Source: Girardia tigrina (Eukaryota). Taken from it: DNA of 55,410 nucleotides. Under the pieces are notes generated by a model, which saw only the letters and a list, made by a program, of their open reading frames with translations, made no database searches and had not been told where the DNA came from. The DNA lies in NCBI GenBank assembly GCA_001938485.1, contig MQRK01181958.1, positions 4,824 to 60,233 on the forward strand, given 5' to 3'. Below are positions 46,600 to 55,410 of this stretch, piece after piece; the first letter of the stretch is position 1; each line of letters starts with the position of its first letter. The position numbers were made by a program, and so were the translations under genes.

Positions 46600-49011
46600 T
46601 GCACCCATTACACTCAGTAGAAAAGAGAGAGGATCGAAACAATCGGACAAGAAATAGAAGGTATTCTCAATAGAGAATGTATGGTCAAGACCTCTGAGTT
46701 ATACACGGAACTCAGAGTCCTCTGCAATAGTGAAACGAAGGAATCATCTCTATGTACTGTGCAGAGCAGTGTGAAGGACGAAGTGTTAACAGAGCACTTC
46801 TCACATCTATTCAAGAAGAGCGAAAGAGATTATATTGTGGATATTGAACAGAGTCAAACACTAGATATCGATTACTCACCGGACGTAGAAGAAGTAAGTA
46901 CCGCTATTAGGCAACTAAAGAACGGTACAGCTACTGGAAACAACGGTATCATTCCAGAGCTATATAAGTGGGGCGGTCTCCAGTTAACTGAAAAGATCCT
47001 GCAATGTTTCGTGGACATATGTGAGGGAAGAGCGGAATTCCCGGAGGCTTGCTAAACGGCGAAGGTGGTGATCCTATACAAAGGAAAGGGGTCCAAGAAG
47101 GAACTAAACAATTATAGAGGAATATTCCTACTTGATGTAGGAGGAAAGATCATGGCCCGAATCATTGCAAATAGATACTGAAAGGATATCTTGAAAGGAT
47201 ACTGGCAATTTGGTTCCAGACCAAATAGAAGCACGGAGCACGCAATAGGTATCATACGAAAAATACAAGAAGAGGCCAGATACCCAAATGTAAATGTTTT
47301 TGCTATCTTTATCGACCTTGAAAAGGCATTCGACAGCGTACCCAGGAAAGTTCTCTGGGACTGCCTTCAAGGAATTGGAATACAGGATCGGATGCTGAGC
47401 ATTATAATGAAGTTTCATAAAGGTTTCACGGGCAGCATAGGAAATGATAAGTTCAGAATGGACAAGGGAGTCCGCCAAGGTTGCGTATTAGGACCTCTAT
47501 TATTCAATCTTGTCTTTGATCATGCAATTAAGACCGCAATCAAAGAGGGACTATCAGGTGGTGTGAAACTGAATTACAATGGTGAAGATCTGACCGTGAA
47601 CAGGCTTGCTTATGCAGACGACCTGTGATTACTGGTCGAGGACTTTGAAAACATCGAAAGAAATCTCACGTGTCTCAACACTGCGTTCTCGAATATGGAG
47701 CTCAAAATCAACATTGGGAAAACGAAGATTCTGAATCTCAATGGAGACAAATACATTACGGCAAGGGACGAGTTGAATGCAGGAATTGAATGCTTGGACG
47801 AATTCTGCTACCTGGAATCGATAATTGAGTGTAGGGGAAACTCAGGTACGGACATCAAGGCCAGGATTCAGAAAGGAATAGCGAAACTATGAACGATCAG
47901 ACCAGTGTTGAAGAACAACAAGCTGTCTCTCCGGAATAAGAAGAACATAATTAGCAGCTGTGTATTCCCGGTGGTTTACTACAGCTGTGAAAACTGGAGA
48001 ACAAACGAAGCACATGTGAAAAAGCTGAAAGCATTTCACAATCTGTGCACTCGGCGAACTCTGGGGGATATCAAAAGCTGAAAGAATCAGGATGGATGAG
48101 ATATCTATTGGACTGCAAAGCCCAATGGATATCATTGCGCGGAGAAGAATCATCCACAATGTCAAAATCGATTTAGGAGACTGTCGGGAGAACGTCAAAC
48201 AGATTAGTGGATGCGAACTCATCAGAGGGAAGAAGATCAGCGGTCGGAGAAAGCAACATCTGGTAGAATGTCTCAGAGTGGACACTCACTGACTCTTTGG
48301 AGCCGAGTACAGTTTCGGGGAATTTAAGAGAGATATTTTGTAAGAGAATCTACTGAAGATGGATGGAAAGATCGAGAAGATATTCCGACTGAGAAGAATT
48401 CAAAGGAGTGGGGACGAGAAAACACTGAGACTGGTGTTACCTCGTTTAAAAGAACACAGCTGCCCGATGGATGCCTGTCATAGACAGTATGCAGAAGTGA
48501 AGGAATTGAACAGGCATCTCAGACGAGATCACGATGGAGCAGGCCTAGTTCTGCGAAACAAAGAGAGAAGAAAGCCCAGCCACGTCAGAAGAAAGGAAAC
48601 TACCAATACCAACATTGCCCGAAGGAATACAAAACTGCTGGATTCCTAAGGATTCACATTCAGAAGAATCACCAAGAACCGCCAACATCCAACGCCCAGA
48701 GAGAAGAGAACTTGGAAAGAGAGAACGAGGAAGAGCCGACATCAAACCAATCCAACTCTCAGTTACCGTACGCAACTGTGAGTATGCCAAGGATACAGAC
48801 AAATGACGATACCGAAGAAGAACCGCACCTACAATATCGACTGCCAGCCGACTACTCGACAGCAAGAGGAGAGTTCAAGTGCCCATTTCGCGGCTGTTAC
48901 GCGTCCACCGTAACAGCCAGAGGTATATATGGCCATGGTACCAAGTTCCATGGCTGGTTGTTTATAACTGGCAAACTGACTGCTCAAATTCAAATTCATA
49001 ATATTAATTGA
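46600..49011 (+). mobile_element. 5'-truncated decayed LINE (RTE-like) RT with C-terminal zinc fingers
   Basis: AIRQLKNG.A.G..GI..EL.K, NYRGI.LL, QFG.RP.RST, FIDLEKAFDSV, GVRQGCVLGPLLFN, LAYADDL, IN..KTK; CPMDAC...HLRRDH and CPFRGC...H...H. Confidence 0.88.
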
Positions 49012-49550
49012 TTTTAGAATAAAAGATTTGACTTTTATAAATATTTTATAAAACATCTTATTCATCTTTTATTTAATAGTATAATATGGCCTCTCGAACA
49101 AATGTAACTGCTCAGATGTTTCTAGAAGAAATTCTATTTATGGAAAAAGAAGAAAAAATGTTCATCTTCAAAAAAACGCATCGAAACGTAAAGAAAATTG
49201 TGGAACACATTACTAATGTTAAAGAATTTTAAACATTATTCGAAATTTTACAAAGATTGTCATTCGGTTCAGATTTGAAGCACTATAATGCACAAACATT
49301 GGCTTCTAAATTGATCGAAAAATTCGATGTTCAAAAATCTAAAGTAGGGGAATTGTTACCAATCTCATAAACGAGGCAACAACAAAGATAAACATTACTC
49401 AAGTTTTCAAAAATAGTGAAATTGGAAGCGTTTAAGCTAAATATCAAATCAGAGGATTCCGTAGTTAAAATTTTCCAACACGGACTGCTGAACAAACGGA
49501 TCTCAAATGTCTCAGAGGTAATTAGAGATCATGAAAGGTAAATTAACTCA

Positions 49551-49841
49551 ATGACGATAACTAAACCCATGATAAAATATTGTCGATCAACGCTCGCTTT
49601 ACAAAAAGTGCTATTAAAATATCAGTCTTTAGCAAACAAGCCGATAGTTGCGTGTTCCGTTCGAAACAGTAAGATTAATGTTATATTTGATACAGGTGCA
49701 GATTTGAATGTTGTTAGTGAAAACTTTTCGAAACAGTTATTTCAGCGAGAAAATATTAAAATAAACTCGTCAGAAACAAATGTAAAATGCGCTAATGGTC
49801 AGGTTGTTAGTTGTAATGGCAAGGTAACCGGACGATATTAG
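49551..49841 (+). mobile_element. Retropepsin-type aspartic protease fragment (LTR retrotransposon relic)
   Basis: VIFDTGADLNVVS...VKCANG....C.GKV. Confidence 0.7.
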
Positions 49842-51679
49842 AGAATCTCATAGAAGTTTTAGTTTGTAAAAAGTATGATAATGACTTTTGTACGCTGAAC
49901 GATTTCAATAAATCTATTACAAGTATAATCGCTGAAGCATTATTAATGAATACTGTACTTAAATTTGCGAAGTCATTCCTCCAATCATATTACAATATTT
50001 TAAAATATTTTAAGAGACGCAATATTTTTAATAATGAATTAAATATTTTAAAATAGTTGACATATATTTGTTTATATATTATTTTAATACTGAGAATACC
50101 TTTGCGAGGGAAACCAGTATATTTGAATAAGTCTTTTTTATAATTTATAAAGTAAGATTAAAAACGTTAAAAATTAAAACTATTAATGTATAAAGTTAAA
50201 TGACCCATTTGGTAAATCTAGACTTACTTTAGTAATAAATTTGTATAATATAGTAATTACAAATCTTGAACTCTCTTTTTGATATTTGAACATAGATTAT
50301 GTGTGATCGTCGGTTCTTCAAAATATATTTTACGATTACAAATTGCGTTAAATATTAAAATTAGAAAATTTTGTATAACTCTTGTCAACACTATTATTTT
50401 TGTATATTATTGTATATTGGTTTTTACATTATTGCACGATAAAAGAAAATATAGCTTGAAATAAAAGAGAGGCGAAAGAAGAAAGTAATCGGTCAAACAC
50501 TTTATAAATAAATATATAAATAACGTGATAAGTAAAGGCAAATAACAAAAATCTTGAAACAACAGAAAAGCCCAAAGGTGTGGAAAATAAAGTATTAACC
50601 AGGAGCAATCTCAAGTCTTTATTTTTGAAAGACGTTTTGAAAACACTTTCTAAAAGTCTTCGAAGAAAAATAAAAAATTATAGCTAAACTTATAATTAGG
50701 TATCCATGATAATATCATTTAAAGATATCTTTGATTAGAATATATTATTTATTTATTTAAAAAAAGATTAAAACTTGACTGATATTTCTAATTAATAACT
50801 TGATAAATTGATATCCCTGACATCAGAGTCGTACAACCTCTGTTTGCCAATGCTCTCAACGAAGATCTCACGCAAATCATGCCCAAGGATCGTTTGTTGT
50901 TCTGCCATCATAACCTCAGCCCTCCTCTCCTTCGCCCTCTAATCTAATCATTCATCTGTCCTTTTTCTACAATTCAAATCCTCCCAGACTTGTTTATCAT
51001 CTCAATGTTTTGATAAAAGTCAACATATTTAAATTTCAAATGATTCTTTATGAAAATAGAGTGTTTATCAGTTTTACAAATCGATAATGTCACTTCTGAT
51101 AAAGGGACAAAATTCTATTAATTTCAATATAAAATACCTCGCAAGCCGACTGCCGTTTCTCGAGATCGGGAGTCTGAGCAAGCAGATCTCGATGCAAATC
51201 TTCCCTCAGAGTAATTACAGATTCGAGTGCTTCCTCGGGCAAGGTCGCAATTTTGCGTTGAGCTTTAATCAGTGATTGCTTCCTGAAAATTAAATGTAGA
51301 TATATATTTCGCAGCGAAAATTAATTTAAAATTATCACTATATTCATTAGAAACAAAAATAATATACAAAAACTACCTTATTAAATCTGACATGGTAAGA
51401 TTCAGATTATTTAACTGATTCTGACTGATCACGAGACCTTTGTTGGCCATAACAAGGATGCTTAAAAGAATAATAGAAGTAATGAGGTCATAAAGTAATC
51501 TCAAATATAACTTTATATAAATTTAAACTTCATGAAATGATTTTTGAAAATACCATCAAAGAAGATGGTTCCAAACACAAAGACAAAGTAATTTAAATAG
51601 AAAATAAAAAATATAATACAATTTTTTCTTTCGTTAAAAACTTCATATAATTTCTTGTTATTAGTATCTTCATCTTAGA

Positions 51680-52205
51680 ATTCTCCCTTCTTACCCTTAA
51701 ACTTAGCTAAATTGCACCTATAAAACACTTTCTCTCCTTCGTTCGTTTTATTCATTTAGGAATAGCTCCATATTTTTCTTCCTTAATTTTACTTAGTGCT
51801 TCGTCACGGGACTTAAAACGAAAATCTTCATCCCAGATGCGACACCTCTTAGTCATCTTTTTCTTAGTCACTACATTATCTTGAAGACTCATTTCTGAAT
51901 CAGATGATGATTGATATTCAGGTATTAGTGTTAAGTTGCTTGCTATTTGGTTAGTTTGCAAGATTCATCTGGAACTTTCTATTATTAATATTAAAATTAT
52001 TGGTTAAATTGTAATAACTTATATTTTTTAAAAAAATAGGGCCTATTTTTGAAAAAGTACAGTAAATTTCATATTAAACAAGCACAATAAAATTTCATTT
52101 TTATGATAAAGGATACTCATTTCTGAATCAGATGATGATTGATATTCAGATATTTGTGTTAAGTTGCTTGCTATTTGGTTAGTTTGCAAGATTTGTCTGG
52201 GAATC
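51680..52205 (-). mobile_element. MULE-like transposase N-terminal fragment with an ~85-bp local duplication
   Basis: W......SRDEA...I.EE then (frameshift) KTNEGEKVFYRCN..K.KG; 51887-51970 is repeated at 52115-52200. Confidence 0.45.
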
Positions 52206-54824
52206 TCTATTATTTCATTAATTAATTAAGTGTTAATTAATGACAGGTTGTAATGTCTTATTGATAGAGATTTACAGAAATGCCGATCGTAATGTGAATG
52301 GCAACCTGTGAAAACTGAGTGTAGTGCATGTTTCCCACATTCCTGATTTCGTCTGATCATTGTTCATAACTTTCATTTAGTTTGCGGTCTTTTTTATCTC
52401 TTTCGTGAGGTATGGTCATGCATATATCATTCGTATGTATACGAATATTATGTGATATATTCATATTTGTATATGTTTGTTATTTTTTTTGTAATTTTTA
52501 TTACTTGTATTTATTTCGTAAGAGAGAATTCGGAGAAAAAGAAACTAATAACAAGAAATAATATGAAGTAGTTAACGAAAGAAAAAATGTAACAACGGTA
52601 AAGACATCGGTTTATTTTGCCCCATTTCGCTAAATTTATTTAATCAAAATTATACAAAATATAAAATTAAAAACAAATCAATTATAAAATTAATATTATA
52701 AGGCTGAATTAAATTTTAATTATTACAACAAATATTTGGAAAAGCAAAGTGGTGATTTATTTAATTCTAGCGTTACTGTTTTTTTTGTAAAAGTCAGAAA
52801 TTCTTTTTACTGAATTTCAATCTTTCGTTGAATCTAACTGCAATTATCTGACAGTTTTATTTTACTTAGATTACGAACTCATTAGTGTTATCGAACATTA
52901 TTATTACAATATATTCAATCGTAGCTGGTTTTAAGTTTCTATTTTTCTTAGTAAAAAATCTCAGATTCGTCAGACTGAATTTTAGATTTTTTTACACCGA
53001 GAATACTGATATGTTTACATGTATAGGTTTTCTTTTGCTACGAAATGTAAAATTTCCAAGTTCATTTAAAACTGGTTTAATACATCAAAATGCATTTTTA
53101 TCTTGTACAAATTTCGAAATAAAACTTATTAACAACTGCGCTATTTACCTCTTCCATTTGTTACGAGTGATTTATTTTATTCTCTTTTAACAATATATGA
53201 GAAGGTTGACGATAGCAAAGTGGACAGACAGGAAATTCACTCTTATGATGTGTAAAGTAATGGATGAAATAGTAATCAAGTTGATGTTCAAATAACAACT
53301 CACGTTTTTCGGGCTAAATAAGTTATGAGCAGTTACGTTATTTAACAATTCCATAAAGAATCGCTGGGAGAAAACAAAAGTTCTGCTGTAACATGCAAGA
53401 TTTAAGATGCAAAATCATTTGGTTTAGTTGCAATTTGTAATATTTCCAATGATGAAAATTCTATTTCTAACAATTAGCAAATAGTAAAGTTAAGGATGAC
53501 CTTCTCTCAGATGCAAACTTACCAGAGGGTGAGTTAAACGTTTCCAGGATACAAAGCCTTCATCATGAAAACCATTGAAAATATAATGTAAAAAAAATTA
53601 TCACAAAAATCAAAACTTAATAACTATATATATTACATTTTGTCAAAGATTTTCCAATTCAAAAACTCTAGTGTCCTTTAAAAAAATCTGATTAATACTC
53701 TTAATCGAAAAACGAATCATGGATAGAAAACGAAGAGACGTTTCTATATGTTCCAAAATGTTTAAATGAGCCAGGCGACCTGTATCACAATTTCAGAAAG
53801 CGGAAATTGTGATTCGTTCTTCTATCAGAAAGTCGCGCATATACAAAAGGAAAATTATTCTACCAAGTGACAATATTTCCTTCAAAATCTCCAATAAACA
53901 TGAAACTGATACATGTATTATCTCATCAGTGAAGAGCAGGTTCACTCTTAAAATTTTTGAAATAATTAATTTTTATAAATAATTTCGAAAATAAGAAAAT
54001 ATCTAAAATCAAAAGTTTTTCTAAAGAATTATAATTAAAAATATCTCTAATTAATTTCATAAAGTTATTTTCTAGAATAATTTATTTTTATTTACTTAAA
54101 TTTCAGCTGCAATTGTTAAATAATTGTTTTTTAAAATAATTGATTTAAATAATATATATAAAACCATGGAAAATTATATGTTTTACATTAATTTTAAAAG
54201 TTATTCTCAAACAATAAATTAATGAATTTTTGATTGGTAGAAATGTAGTTTTTAAAAAACAGATAATTTTTAAATATTAAAGTTGTTGGAAATTTTTTAA
54301 ATTAATAATTTGATAAATAATTAAATTTTTAAACAGCTTTTTAAAAATAAAACAACCCTTAAAAATTTAGAATAAATTATAGAGTATGACAATAAATTTA
54401 AATATTCTAAATTATTTTTTTGTATTTAAAGTATATAAATATCAACTGGGTTTTAAATTAAATATTGAATTAATTATAGAAGTAATTCCTGCCTTTTTTT
54501 AATATTATCTTAACAGTATTTAGTAGATTTAGTTTAATATAATATTGTTTAATATATTATAAGTTAAATTGAAACAGAAATAAAAAAGATAGTAAGGCAA
54601 AAATGTTATTAAATTATTTTTTCATTATTATTTTTTCATTATTATTTTATCATCATTATTTTATCCTTACTTAACTGATGCATTTTTTAGATACAAACAA
54701 TCTAATAGATACAAAAATATCTTAGAAACGTTTTGTAAGGTAAATTATATAATAAAAGCAAGGATGACGAAGACGAATTACACGTAATAATTATAAAATA
54801 CCATTAAAAAGAACTATTATTATT

Positions 54825-54827
<3 letters not shown>

Positions 54828-54862
<35 letters not shown>
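54828..54862. repeat. (AAT)n microsatellite
   Basis: About 11 units. Confidence 0.9.
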
Positions 54863-54863
<1 letters not shown>

Positions 54864-55410
54864 CACTTTGATCAATCAGTACGTTGTTTTTAAGAAGACA
54901 ACCACATCAATTAACATGTTGAGTCCAGATGATAACTTTCTCCCGACACATTATTCATTATATATATTTCTATCTAACAAGCATTCTTCCTGTCTCAAGA
55001 TTGTTATATGAACGGAAAATAGTTTTCAAAAGATTTGATCGGAGATATTTTATTTTTTGGTCGTTTGAAAATCTTGAAATTTTTAAATTCAATTTTGCCG
55101 TTTTGCTATCGTGGGGAAAATATAATGACCCTTGGAAGTCAATATATTGCACATGAATTACAAGCCTTTTTATTACAATCTTTGGAATATCATATTTAAA
55201 ACTTATCTTATGTTTATAACAATAATATACAAATTTTGTAGGAATATCCTAAACTCATGTTATTTAAGCCTGAGCCAGTTTGTCTTTGCAAGAATAGAAA
55301 GCAAGATCTGGTTACCAGGCCCCACGAAATAATTCTTTTAAAATATTATTTTACAACTACATTCTTAATATATTTGTAATTTGTTTGAAATTATATATTT
55401 ATATATATAT

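Overview
AT-rich eukaryotic, apparently animal, genomic DNA with one assembly gap; the species cannot be identified from sequence alone. The centrepiece is a complete 18,069-bp Polinton/Maverick (adintovirus-like endogenous dsDNA virus) at 17241-35309, with AGTAGT...ACTACT termini, 265-bp near-identical TIRs and a 6-bp CCCCGG target-site duplication. It encodes protein-primed PolB, an A32 packaging ATPase, a phospholipase-A2/integrase fusion, major and minor capsid proteins, an adenain-like protease, a pX-like membrane-active protein, a two-TM 'GasderminX'-like protein and about ten orphan ORFs. An AATAAA + cUUCGg hairpin motif occurs twice, each time after a gene. The virus splits an intronless boule (DAZ-family RRM) pseudogene whose reading frame rejoins exactly when the virus is removed. 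That pseudogene also carries a piggyBac-type MITE and is bracketed by permuted (AB...BA) direct repeats. The flanks hold a two-exon plastin/fimbrin gene predicted to lack EF-hands, the last exon of an unidentified host gene, and many decayed transposons (two Tigger/pogo, mariner, BEL/Pao, Gypsy-like pieces, a solo LTR, a LINE, a MULE-like fragment). All family calls come from motif recognition by eye; no database searches were run.
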